DNA of 64,000 nucleotides, taken from the NCBI GenBank assembly GCA_050633245.1, contig JBOEGD010000030.1, forward strand, positions 64,001-128,000. The letters are read 5' to 3'. Positions 20,950-29,904 of this stretch are shown here, one piece after another (positions within the stretch are counted from its first letter, which is position 1; each line of letters opens with the position of its first letter). The stretch is from Calditrichia bacterium. GTDB lineage: Bacteria > Calditrichota > Calditrichia > RBG-13-44-9 > J075. The position numbers and the translations under genes were made by a program. Below the pieces are notes generated by a model that saw only the letters and a program-made list of their open reading frames with translations, made no database searches and had not been told where the DNA came from.

Positions 20950-20966
20950 ATCAAATGCTATGCCAG
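20950..20966 (-). promoter_or_regulatory. sigma54 -24/-12 promoter (GA at -12)
   Basis: CTGGCATAGCATTTGAT on minus strand. Confidence 0.6.
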
Positions 20967-21065
20967 CTAATAGCAGCAAAGCAAAAAACAAACACAGGTT
21001 GTTGTTTATTAAAAACTTAAATCCAAAAATCCAGTTAAGCATTCTCGTATATAAAAAAGACTCGC

Positions 21066-21099
21066 TGCAAATTTTGCAGCGAGTCTTGCAGGATATGCA
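21066..21099. promoter_or_regulatory. Candidate bEBP enhancer pair; first site lies inside terminator-like hairpin 21057-21087
   Basis: TGCAAATTTTGCA and TGCAGGATATGCA, 21 bp apart. Confidence 0.5.
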
Positions 21100-21107
21100 A
21101 CTTTTAT

Positions 21108-21144
21108 GGAAAAGGCAGACCGGCTTAGCCGGCCCGCCTTTTCC
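21108..21144 (-). terminator. Hairpin after the DUF4397 gene
   Basis: Minus strand ggaaaaggcgggccggc-taa-gccggtctgccttttcc, G-U pairs on minus strand. Confidence 0.65.
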
Positions 21145-21170
21145 GGGGTCCGTCCCTTGGGTTCCATGGG

Positions 21171-24100
21171 TTATTTGGACAACACCATTTTTCGGGAGGA
21201 TACAAATGAGCCTGCATTTATTTGATAGAAATAAACACCCGACGGGAACTGTGCAGCATTAAAGTCCAGTGTGTAAGCACCAGCACTCTGACGCTCACTT
21301 ACCAGGGTTGCTACTTTCTGTCCGGCAATGTTGAAGATAGTAACAGTTACGTCGCTTGATTGCGGAATAGAGTAGCGGATCGTAGTCGTCGGGTTGAACG
21401 GATTCGGATAGTTCTGCTCAAGCTCGAAGTTATTGATCGTTCCATCGAGCAGATCATCCTCAATACCTACGATTGGCGAGAACTCTACTACATCGCCATT
21501 TGGCAGTGCAGCAAAGAGTCCAAAAGCAGGACCGTTCTGGTTTGCTGAAGGCGTTAGGAAGCCAGAGGCAAAAACCTGAGCGGCTCCACCGGCAAGACCG
21601 GAAAGGTCAGCAGTAAAAGAAGCCACTACGGTTGAACCACTCGCATCCGTTACATCGAGTGTGTATGAAGCAGCAGGGACGCCAACATATCCCGTAATGT
21701 CACCATATGCCGCGTCGTCTACCAAGGTTGCAACACCGCGCGCAACGACGTCGACAGTTGGTGCATCGGAGGAGCCATGCAGCGCAGAGAACTCAACTGT
21801 ATTAACATCAGTAGAAGCTTCTTGACCTGTTGGATTGATGAACAGACCGAAAGCAGTACTTCGTCCATCCGGGTTCGGAGCAAATGCACTCGGATCGAGA
21901 ACACCATTGGCAATAACCACATAGGTCTCACCAGGAGTCAGAGTTACATTGAAATTAGCTAATGTATCACCAACACCACCGCTATTCGGACCGGCAACAC
22001 CAATGTCAATCGGCGTGCCCGCAGGTGCATCAATAAATGCAGTGGCATCACGGAAGGCAAAATCATCAAGAAGAATTCCACCGTTAAGATAAATATCAAC
22101 AACTGCTGCGCCAGGATCAGCGGCATTGTGAATGACTTGAACACGCGCTGTGTTGATCGCAGGAAATTCTACGATGTCACCCGTTGGTAAGGCTGCGAAT
22201 AAACCGAAAGCTGCGCCATTTTGATTTGCTGAAGGATCTAAAAATCCGGAAGCGAAAACAGTAGCGGCTCCGCCGGCGAGTCCCGAAAGATCAGCGGCGA
22301 AGGATGCGACCGTTACTGCTCCGCTTCCATCTTTTACGTCTAATGTATATGCTGCAGGGGGAACACCAATATAGCCGGTGATGTCACCATATGCTGCGTT
22401 GTCTACCAGTGTCGCAACACCCCGCGCATCAACATCAACAGTCGGCGCATCGGAAGAACCATGAACAGCAGCGAATTCAACGGTTGCCGGATCGCTGGAA
22501 GCTTCCTGGCCAACCGGATTAATAAATAAACCAAAAGCAGTGCTACGGCCATCAGGGTTCGGAGCAAAAGCTGTTGGATCGAGAACACCATTGGCAATGA
22601 TTACATACGTTTCACCAGCTGTAAGCGTCGCAGTAAAGTTCGCAAGCGTATCGCCTACACCGCCACTGTTAGGGCCAGCAACACCAATATCAAGCGGCGT
22701 GCCCGCAGGAGCATCAATAAATGCTGTTGCATCGCGGAAAGCAAAGTCGTCTAGAAGAAGTCCGCCGTTTAGGTAGACATCGACAATCGCTGCTGCCGGG
22801 TCGGCTGCATTGTGAATAACTTGAACACGGGCGGTTGTGATTGCCGGGAACTCTACAACATCACCTGTAGGTAAGGCTGCAAATAGCCCGAAAGCTGCAC
22901 CGTTTTGATTTGCTGAAGGATCCAGAAAACCGGAGGCGAACACCTGGGCTGCCCCGCCGGCAAGTCCGGAAAGGTCAGCTGCAAAGGACGCTACGGTTAC
23001 AGTACCTGTTGCATCTTTTACATCAAGCGTATAAGCTGCTGGTGGGACACCAACGTAACCGGTAATGTCGCCATAAGCTGCATCATTTACCAGAGTAGCA
23101 ACGCCGCGGGCATCGACATCAACTGTGGGCGCATCGGAAGAGCCATGTAAGGCAGAAAACTCAACCGTCGCTGGATCGGTGGATGCTTCCTGACCGAGTG
23201 GGTTTACGAACAGGGTAAAAGCAGTACTACGACCATCAGGGTTCGGCGCGAAAGCTGTTGGATCAAGAACACCGTTGGCGACAACAACGTAGGTCTCACC
23301 TGGTGTCAAAGTCACATTAAAGTTAGCAAGCGTATCGCCTACGCCACCACTATTCGGGCCAGCGACACCTATATCAATTGGTGTACCTGCAGGCGCATCG
23401 ATAAATGAAGTAGCATCGCGGAAAGCAAAATCATCAAGAAGAAGACCGCCATTGAGATACACATCCACAAGCGCAGCGCCTGGATCAGCCGCATTGTGAA
23501 TTACCTGGACTCGAGCAGTATTCGCTGCAGCACTTCCTTTATGAATAACGTGATCGACCCACAAATTGTCTGATGAGCTTCCTGAAGGACCTCCATCAGT
23601 TATGTAATAATTGATGGCGACGAATGGCTCGCTACCGGCAAATGCAGACATATCAAACGCATAACGATTCCAGGAACTAACAGGGCCATCGACTTTAAAG
23701 TAGCCAACAAGGTCTGTAAAGCTACCAAGTGAACTGTCGGTAGTCGAAACCCAAACACGAAGCGAATCAGGAAAATTACCATCGATTGCGCCAGCATAAA
23801 AGATTAGACTATCACCAGACTCAACGGCCGGTAATTGAGGTGAGATGATATATTCATCAATCAGAAACCCATTCGCATTATTAAAGCTGCTGAAAAAGAA
23901 ACTTTGTCCGGCTTCCGGGAAAATAGAATCACCGCTGAGAAAACCGACATCTTGACGAAATTCCCATCCGGCACCACTGCCGTCGTTATCAATCAACTGC
24001 CAACCGGCGGGCAGCGTAGTGGTATCAAATGTTTCTTCAAACTTAACGTTTTTCTCAGCAGCAACTTCCTGATTGCCGGGAACACCGCGCTCAAATTCAG

Positions 24101-24200
24101 TCGCGCGAATGCGATCTACAATTTCATCCTGCGCCAATAACGACATTGGCAGAACAAAAGCTGCAATCAGCAAACCTCGTAGTAAAACAGTAAACTTCAT
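21171..24200 (-). CDS. Secreted protein: cleaved-adhesin/choice-of-anchor J-like domain, three tandem DUF4397 repeat units, T9SS-type sorting domain
   Basis: Signal peptide from MKFTVLL after GGAGG RBS; LPAGWQLIDNDG..DEYIISP; 3x ARVQVIHNAADP...HGSSDAPTVDV; QNYPNPFNP. Confidence 0.88.
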   Translation of the reverse strand: MKFTVLLRGLLIAAFVLPMSLLAQDEIVDRIRATEFERGVPGNQEVAAEKNVKFEETFDTTTLPAGWQLIDNDGSGAGWEFRQDVGFLSGDSIFPEAGQSFFFSSFNNANGFLIDEYIISPQLPAVESGDSLIFYAGAIDGNFPDSLRVWVSTTDSSLGSFTDLVGYFKVDGPVSSWNRYAFDMSAFAGSEPFVAINYYITDGGPSGSSSDNLWVDHVIHKGSAAANTARVQVIHNAADPGAALVDVYLNGGLLLDDFAFRDATSFIDAPAGTPIDIGVAGPNSGGVGDTLANFNVTLTPGETYVVVANGVLDPTAFAPNPDGRSTAFTLFVNPLGQEASTDPATVEFSALHGSSDAPTVDVDARGVATLVNDAAYGDITGYVGVPPAAYTLDVKDATGTVTVASFAADLSGLAGGAAQVFASGFLDPSANQNGAAFGLFAALPTGDVVEFPAITTARVQVIHNAADPAAAIVDVYLNGGLLLDDFAFRDATAFIDAPAGTPLDIGVAGPNSGGVGDTLANFTATLTAGETYVIIANGVLDPTAFAPNPDGRSTAFGLFINPVGQEASSDPATVEFAAVHGSSDAPTVDVDARGVATLVDNAAYGDITGYIGVPPAAYTLDVKDGSGAVTVASFAADLSGLAGGAATVFASGFLDPSANQNGAAFGLFAALPTGDIVEFPAINTARVQVIHNAADPGAAVVDIYLNGGILLDDFAFRDATAFIDAPAGTPIDIGVAGPNSGGVGDTLANFNVTLTPGETYVVIANGVLDPSAFAPNPDGRSTAFGLFINPTGQEASTDVNTVEFSALHGSSDAPTVDVVARGVATLVDDAAYGDITGYVGVPAASYTLDVTDASGSTVVASFTADLSGLAGGAAQVFASGFLTPSANQNGPAFGLFAALPNGDVVEFSPIVGIEDDLLDGTINNFELEQNYPNPFNPTTTIRYSIPQSSDVTVTIFNIAGQKVATLVSERQSAGAYTLDFNAAQFPSGVYFYQINAGSFVSSRKMVLSK
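21470..23520 (-). repeat. Three intragenic tandem repeats, 684-bp (228-aa) period
   Basis: gcattgtgaa at 23491, 22807 and 22123; near-identical protein units with many synonymous DNA differences. Confidence 0.9.
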
Positions 24201-24331
24201 AGAAGCCTCCAGATAAGATAGGGTTTTGGTTATTTGGGTTACACTTAAATTATCATACATACGTTGACTGCCTTGGGTTGAAGCAGACTTCGCTAAATAG
24301 TCAATTCGAAACCGCTTATGCCCGTTTTAAT

Positions 24332-24348
24332 ATCAAAGGTTGTGCCAA
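24332..24348 (-). promoter_or_regulatory. sigma54 -24/-12 promoter (GA at -12)
   Basis: TTGGCACAACCTTTGAT on minus strand. Confidence 0.7.
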
Positions 24349-24436
24349 CGACAAAAGGGGGACAAGCAAACCCATGCTAAATAGACACTTAGAACAAAAA
24401 AGGCGAGATGGGCCGAGTTAAGAGGATCTGCTGAAA

Positions 24437-24470
24437 TGCAAAATTTGCAGCAGTGATTGCAGAATTTGCG
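24437..24470. promoter_or_regulatory. Candidate bEBP enhancer pair
   Basis: TGCAAAATTTGCA and TGCAGAATTTGCG, 21 bp apart, about 116-149 nt upstream of the predicted start site. Confidence 0.6.
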
Positions 24471-24498
24471 AACGATAAGCGTTTTGCGCGTTCAGCAA

Positions 24499-25269
24499 TT
24501 AGAAGCGGATTGTAAGGCCAACTGAAGAAGTGGAGAGATTGGGCTGGATTGAGATAGATTCATCTTTAATCTGACTAAAGAATATTGCATCAATATGAGA
24601 ACTTAGCCATACGGATGCCAGGGCGTAGCCCCAGTAAAACTGACGCTGATATGAGTCATTGTATGTGTTGTAGCGAGATTCAAGAAGAGCGCGATCCGTT
24701 TCATTGATATACTCGTCGAAGCGGGTTTGTGTATTCAAGATAGACTGCCCGGTGCCGGTAATAGAAATTACTCCCATTGTAGCCCAGACAATGCCTTTAA
24801 TCTTATAGCCTCGGCGATATTGTTCCCAACCGGGAAAAACCAATGACCGCCAGGGTCGATTCTCTTTTTCAAAAGCCATTGCTGCTTCAATTGCGCTAAG
24901 GCGTTGTTGGATAGCAACAGCATAGTCCAGCTTAGCTTGTTGAAATACAAGTAAGATTTTGGGTGAAGTCGTTAATCGATCCAGCTCGATCGTCGGGTCG
25001 ATATCAAGCATCTGCCTGAAATAACTACGCGCAACTTCACTGTCATCGTTTTGGATGCGCTGAAAAGCACCGTAGCGATATATCTCTACCTGTACATCAG
25101 CCGGGTATTTTTGCGGTTGTTCGAAAGCTTTTTCGAGCAGACTATCTAATGCACTATAGTTGAAATTGTCGTAGGCAGATTTTAGCTCATCAGCCAGGCT
25201 TGATGACTGGCTAAAAACCGGAGCCACGAGAACAGACAGGAAAAGCGCTATGGTGAGTTTTTCTATCAT
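24499..25269 (-). CDS. Exported protein, TPR-like N-terminus and DUF5683-like membrane C-terminus
   Basis: Signal peptide; A.SYFRQML.IDP...SPKI; WRSLVFPGWEQY...KG; ends VGLTIRF. Confidence 0.7.
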   Translation of the reverse strand: MIEKLTIALFLSVLVAPVFSQSSSLADELKSAYDNFNYSALDSLLEKAFEQPQKYPADVQVEIYRYGAFQRIQNDDSEVARSYFRQMLDIDPTIELDRLTTSPKILLVFQQAKLDYAVAIQQRLSAIEAAMAFEKENRPWRSLVFPGWEQYRRGYKIKGIVWATMGVISITGTGQSILNTQTRFDEYINETDRALLESRYNTYNDSYQRQFYWGYALASVWLSSHIDAIFFSQIKDESISIQPNLSTSSVGLTIRF

Positions 25270-25394
25270 ACAGAGCTTATCTGAATCAAAGGGTTATCAG
25301 TTATTCCTAGCCTGTTAATATACGCAGGAAAAACGAATTCGCTTCAAAAAAAGTTCCGAGTTTTGCCGGAAAAAGAGTATCCTGAATTGAGAGC

Positions 25395-25625
25395 AACAGG
25401 AGCAGTTTCGAAAACTTCTCCTGTTTTGGAAAAGGGGTTTCTTTAAATTGTAAAAGAACAAACACTGGAGCATTGTCAGAATGGAGCAGTCTTGGGATTT
25501 TTGAGACTCTGTACTTAATTATAAAAAAGACATGAAATTTTGAAAAATATATTCAAAATCTCACATTGGAGCATTGTCAGAATGGAGCAGTCTTTATTAT
25601 AAAAAACACCGAAAATTTTGAAAAA
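25395..25625. repeat. Cluster of GGAGCA-family repeats with an imperfect ~100-bp direct duplication
   Basis: Hairpin 25395-25425; tggagcattgtcagaatggagcagtctt at 25466-25493 and 25567-25594, each followed by a similar attataaaaaa..aaattttgaaaaa tract. Confidence 0.75.
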
Positions 25626-25636
25626 AAAATAAAGTT

Positions 25637-27313
25637 TTAGCGCAAATTCAACGTCACACGACGTGTCAGCGTATCACCTTTTACAATCGTAATGCGGTCT
25701 TTTCGATTCTGTTGCGGATGTCGAAGCTCCAGCAAATATGAACCGGGTGCTAACATAAGAGGTTTTTTGAGGGGTGTAGTGCCGTACAGCTTATTATCAA
25801 TATACACATCTGCCCACGGACGAACCGAGAGCTCCAAATATCCCATATTATTATAAAACGACCAGCTTAACTCCCGTGAACTTCCCGCTTCTATAGTCAC
25901 CAAATTTACACTTGGCGGAAAGTTTGGATGTGTTAATCGAATGGAGTGCTGTCCCGCAGGTAAGCTGAGTTCCAAGTTTGATGCACGAGCCTCAACCTTT
26001 TTCTCATCAACAAATACCGAAGCCCAAGGATCAACATTCAAAATCAATTTCCCCGGCGCAACAGCTAAAACATCTTCCATCAAACTATCATTCGTTTGAA
26101 CCTCTCCACGCTCTGATTCCTCTTCAGAAAAGTCCTTTCGACTTAAACCACTGGACAAATCACTTTGTTGTTCAGGAACAATTTCGCCTAAACCCGCTTG
26201 CTCTTCCACGCCCCTTACAACACGAGAAATATCCGCGATTAGAGAATCGGACTGTATGAACGAGCTATCCACAAAGCTCTGCCCAGGATCTTCGTCAACT
26301 GAAATTTTTGCCGCAATTGACTGCTGCATCAGCACAGCGACAAAAGCCAGCAGCGTCAGTAGAGCAACACCGCCGGCAACCAGTGGCCAACGCTTTCTTC
26401 GTGCCACAACCGCAGCAATTTCTCCACTCGGTTTCAATACCCGTTGGTGTTGCTCTGCGAATTTTGACAATAGTTCGGATATTGCACCAAAGTCGCCTCT
26501 ACGCAAACCTTGCAGCGCATTCCGTGCTTCAGATGCCGAAGACCAACGTTCATCCGCGCGCTTCGCCAGCAGCTTTGTGATAAAGGCTATCTCTGTATCT
26601 GTTAGATCTTTACGTAGCTGAGCCAGAGGCTGAGGGTCTTCATTGAGAATCTTATGCAAACAAGCCGTAAAGCTCTCACCTTCAAACGCCTGCTTACCAG
26701 TAAGCAGCTCATACAAAACGCATCCAAGCGAAAATAAATCGGCGCGCCCATCAGGGTCGTCACCAGTAATTTGCTCTGGGGACATATAGGCCGGAGATCC
26801 AACCATCGCATCTTGGTGAGTCACGGTCGAGTCTCCTTCAACGCGTGCAAGCCCAAAATCCGTGACCTTTAGTTTGCCATTCATTGCGAGCAGCACATTA
26901 GCCGGCTTGATGTCTCGGTGTGTAACTCCGGCGGCATGCGCATAATTCAATGCCTGCAATATTTCATCTGCCATTTGGAAAACAACTTCGGCCTCCAGCT
27001 GACCATTCTTCTCCAAAAGCTCTTCGAGGTTTAGCCCATCGACGTATTCGAGTATAATGTAGTGATACCCTTGCTCTTCACCAAGCTTGTGCACGTCTAC
27101 AATATGAGGATGCTTTAACCTGGCACAAGCACGCGCTTCTTTCTGGAAACGCTTAACACGATCTTCCTCCCCCTCAATTCCGGGGCGCAGCAACTTCACC
27201 AATACTCTTCTTTGCAAATTGGACTGTTCGCCAATCGCGACAAGATTGTACGGACCAACATAAATTATGTTGGTCAATTGCACATCACCGATTGTTGAGA
27301 AGGGAAGATGCAT
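25637..27313 (-). CDS. Membrane Hanks-type Ser/Thr protein kinase with C-terminal PEGA-like domains
   Basis: VLVK, HRDIKPAN, DFGLA, YMSPEQ, DLFSLG; TM WPLVAGGVALLTLLAFVAVLM; 2x PWA.V.D..G PEGA pattern. Confidence 0.92.
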   Translation of the reverse strand: MHLPFSTIGDVQLTNIIYVGPYNLVAIGEQSNLQRRVLVKLLRPGIEGEEDRVKRFQKEARACARLKHPHIVDVHKLGEEQGYHYIILEYVDGLNLEELLEKNGQLEAEVVFQMADEILQALNYAHAAGVTHRDIKPANVLLAMNGKLKVTDFGLARVEGDSTVTHQDAMVGSPAYMSPEQITGDDPDGRADLFSLGCVLYELLTGKQAFEGESFTACLHKILNEDPQPLAQLRKDLTDTEIAFITKLLAKRADERWSSASEARNALQGLRRGDFGAISELLSKFAEQHQRVLKPSGEIAAVVARRKRWPLVAGGVALLTLLAFVAVLMQQSIAAKISVDEDPGQSFVDSSFIQSDSLIADISRVVRGVEEQAGLGEIVPEQQSDLSSGLSRKDFSEEESERGEVQTNDSLMEDVLAVAPGKLILNVDPWASVFVDEKKVEARASNLELSLPAGQHSIRLTHPNFPPSVNLVTIEAGSSRELSWSFYNNMGYLELSVRPWADVYIDNKLYGTTPLKKPLMLAPGSYLLELRHPQQNRKDRITIVKGDTLTRRVTLNLR

Positions 27314-27314
27314 G

Positions 27315-28802
27315 TTAATCCTGAATATCCCACTCTTTAGTTTTGTAGTGCACCCAGCGGAGGGAAACGCCCATCATCTCAGCGGTATGCGTTTTATTTC
27401 CTTCGCAAGATCGCAGTGTCTTCAACAGTAAAATACGAGAGACATCGTCTAACGTCATTCCAGAATCAATCCGATCTTGCTGCTGAAGACCGCGCACAAT
27501 AACATCCGATTCCTGAATTTCTTCCCCCGAAGACAATACAACAGCACGTTCAATTGCGTTTTCCAGTTCCCGCACATTGCCGGGCCAGCCATAAGCCTGT
27601 AATGAATCCATTACATCCGATGCAAACCCATGCCTGCGTTTCCCCATAGCAGTAGCAAACTTCTTCAGGAAGTGCTCGGCAAGCAGTGGAATATCACTTT
27701 TACGCTCACGCAGCGGTGGCAATTCGATTAGAATAATGCTCAGTCGATAATACAAATCTTCACGAAAGCGACCTTCGCGCACCTCATCGGCTAAATTGCG
27801 GTTCGTTGCCGCAATAATGCGCACATCAACTTTTTTAGGGGAGGCACCGCCAATAGGCATAATCTCTTTTTCCTGTAGGAAGCGCAGTAGCTTCGCCTGA
27901 AGACTCATTGGGATTTCAGCAATTTCATCTAAAAAAAGCGTTCCGGAGTTCGCAACCTCAATTAGACCTTTTTTATCGGCATTAGCACCGGTAAAAGCTC
28001 CCTTTTTGTAACCATACAGCTCGCTTTCCAACAAGTTTTCCGGTAGCGCGGCACAGTTAACGGGAATAAAGGGTCGGTCTTTACGCATGCCATTATAGTG
28101 AACCGCGCGGGCAATCAACTCTTTTCCGGTACCCGTTTCACCAACAATTAGCACCGTTGTCGAATTGTCCAGCACCTTCTTAATAATGTCAAAAACCGGC
28201 TGCATCGACTTGCTTGAACCAACGAGCTCTTTAAACGAGTAAATGCGATTCACTTCCTCTTTCAGCACTTCGTTTTCCTGCCGAAGCGATGCCAGAAGTC
28301 TGGCATTTTCAATCGCGATTCCTGCCTGGTTTGCAAACGCGGCCAAAAAGTCCAGGCTCTTTTGATTGAATCGCGCTTTCTGCCCACGACTGTCAATATA
28401 AATAGCGCCGATTAAAGTACCCTTTATTTCCAGTGGCACGCAGGCAATGGAACGAATTTTTTGCATCACCACCGAATGAGATTGATCAAACTGCTCATCC
28501 GTTAGTGCATCAAATGTAAGGATGGGCTTTTGAGCCTTTATCACACTTTCAATAGCCGTGCTGGAGATTTCACTGCTGTCTGCGCTCTTGCCGCTATCAT
28601 CTGTCCGCGAAGCTTTCGGAACGAGTTCTTCATCATCTCCTTCTTTCAACAACACAAACCCGCGTTCTGCCGAAAGCTGCTTAATGGCAATCTCAAGAAT
28701 GCGCGACAAGAGCGATTCCAGGTTCTGAATGGAATTAATCTCGGCACTCACTTCCACAAGTGCGGATAGATACTGTTCAGGAATGTTCAGAGCATTACTC
28801 AT
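27315..28802 (-). CDS. GAF-domain sigma54-dependent transcriptional activator (bEBP, Fis-type HTH)
   Basis: GAF (SIACVPL..IGAIYID); GETGTGKE, ESELYGYKKGAFTGA, LFLDEI, WPGNVRELEN; NKTHTAEMMGVS. Confidence 0.95.
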   Translation of the reverse strand: MSNALNIPEQYLSALVEVSAEINSIQNLESLLSRILEIAIKQLSAERGFVLLKEGDDEELVPKASRTDDSGKSADSSEISSTAIESVIKAQKPILTFDALTDEQFDQSHSVVMQKIRSIACVPLEIKGTLIGAIYIDSRGQKARFNQKSLDFLAAFANQAGIAIENARLLASLRQENEVLKEEVNRIYSFKELVGSSKSMQPVFDIIKKVLDNSTTVLIVGETGTGKELIARAVHYNGMRKDRPFIPVNCAALPENLLESELYGYKKGAFTGANADKKGLIEVANSGTLFLDEIAEIPMSLQAKLLRFLQEKEIMPIGGASPKKVDVRIIAATNRNLADEVREGRFREDLYYRLSIILIELPPLRERKSDIPLLAEHFLKKFATAMGKRRHGFASDVMDSLQAYGWPGNVRELENAIERAVVLSSGEEIQESDVIVRGLQQQDRIDSGMTLDDVSRILLLKTLRSCEGNKTHTAEMMGVSLRWVHYKTKEWDIQD

Positions 28803-28824
28803 ACAGCCTCTGCTTTCTATATAC

Positions 28825-29796
28825 TTAGTTTGAAATGATCAGGAAGCGTTCGCGAGAGCGGCTGCGATTGCCAATATTATCTTCTACCCCGATTGTCCAC
28901 TCGTAGCGGCCGTTTTGTAGTGCAGGAAGAGAATCCGGCCAAACAAGTTCCAGAGTTGAAGGCGAGATGTCTCTTGCGGTAAACCGCTCCACTGGAATCC
29001 CAAGATTCAACCGCACAACCTCCAGTGTAAAGCTATAGCTGAAGCCGGCAGAAAAGTTGTGCCATCTGAATAGTGGGCGTGCACTTGCGGTATCGGATTG
29101 TGCCGGAGCCAGAGCCAACGGAATATCGTTTATGATTCGTCGTAGAAAAAATGGCCCTGAAGTTACTCGACTTCCGGGAATATCGGTAAGTGTAAAAAAG
29201 GCATTCTTTTCAACAAGCGGTATCAGGCTAAGGCTAAATGCAGGATCAGTATCAGGAATGATCAGCTCAAACTGATTTGGCGCAACGCGATTCGCCGCAC
29301 GGCGGAATGGTATATCGGGGATTTCAATAATCAAGCTATCCAAATCAAAGTCGCCATCTGAGTCCTCTGCATTTAATGTGATAACCGCTTCCACAAAACG
29401 TCCCGGAATTGTGGTGTCGACATTTCGACTGGTATAGCTAAAGCTGCGGACCTCAGGCAGTCCATTCAGCACAAAGTTTCGATTCGAGATATTACCATTT
29501 GCCGGTAGATCCACGATAAGCGTATCAGCCTCAAATAATGGACGTTCTGCAATTGCGCGATACTGTCCCGGTGGAATACCGGTAAACTCGAAACGCCCAT
29601 CGGCATCGGTGAATACAAAGCGATCGAGCGGCTGCAGCGTAACCTTAACTCCGGAAAGCGGATCGCGAGGTTGATAAAAGGAAAATGCCCAACCCTCAAT
29701 ACTACCACTGGAAACACTGTCCAGTGGGTTTTCGCGAGGCGCATCAGGAACGCAACCAGCTGTAAGGAAAAATAATGTTAGCAGTATCCGTTTCAT
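28825..29796 (-). CDS. Lipoprotein with carboxypeptidase-regulatory-like (prealbumin-fold) domain
   Basis: Lipobox LTAGC; PRENPLD; TDADGRFEFTGIPPGQY; 22 nt from the bEBP start. Confidence 0.8.
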   Translation of the reverse strand: MKRILLTLFFLTAGCVPDAPRENPLDSVSSGSIEGWAFSFYQPRDPLSGVKVTLQPLDRFVFTDADGRFEFTGIPPGQYRAIAERPLFEADTLIVDLPANGNISNRNFVLNGLPEVRSFSYTSRNVDTTIPGRFVEAVITLNAEDSDGDFDLDSLIIEIPDIPFRRAANRVAPNQFELIIPDTDPAFSLSLIPLVEKNAFFTLTDIPGSRVTSGPFFLRRIINDIPLALAPAQSDTASARPLFRWHNFSAGFSYSFTLEVVRLNLGIPVERFTARDISPSTLELVWPDSLPALQNGRYEWTIGVEDNIGNRSRSRERFLIISN

Positions 29797-29858
29797 TTTT
29801 TCCAGTAACTCGGTGATCGATGATGAGTTTGCTCAACTATCAGGTTAAACCATCGCTT

Positions 29859-29884
29859 TGGCTTCGACTCCGCTCAGCCTGACG
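29859..29884. repeat. REP-like element of the CTTCGACTCCGCTCAG type
   Basis: tggcttcgactccgctcagcctgacg, a widespread short intergenic repeat type; single copy here. Confidence 0.5.
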
Positions 29885-29904
29885 CGAGTTAACGTCTTGC
29901 GCCG

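Noticed and set aside
25466-25594. Mini-CRISPR from two identical 28-bp repeats
   Set aside because: Only two copies, a 73-bp gap that is itself partly duplicated, and the repeat belongs to the GGAGCA palindrome family
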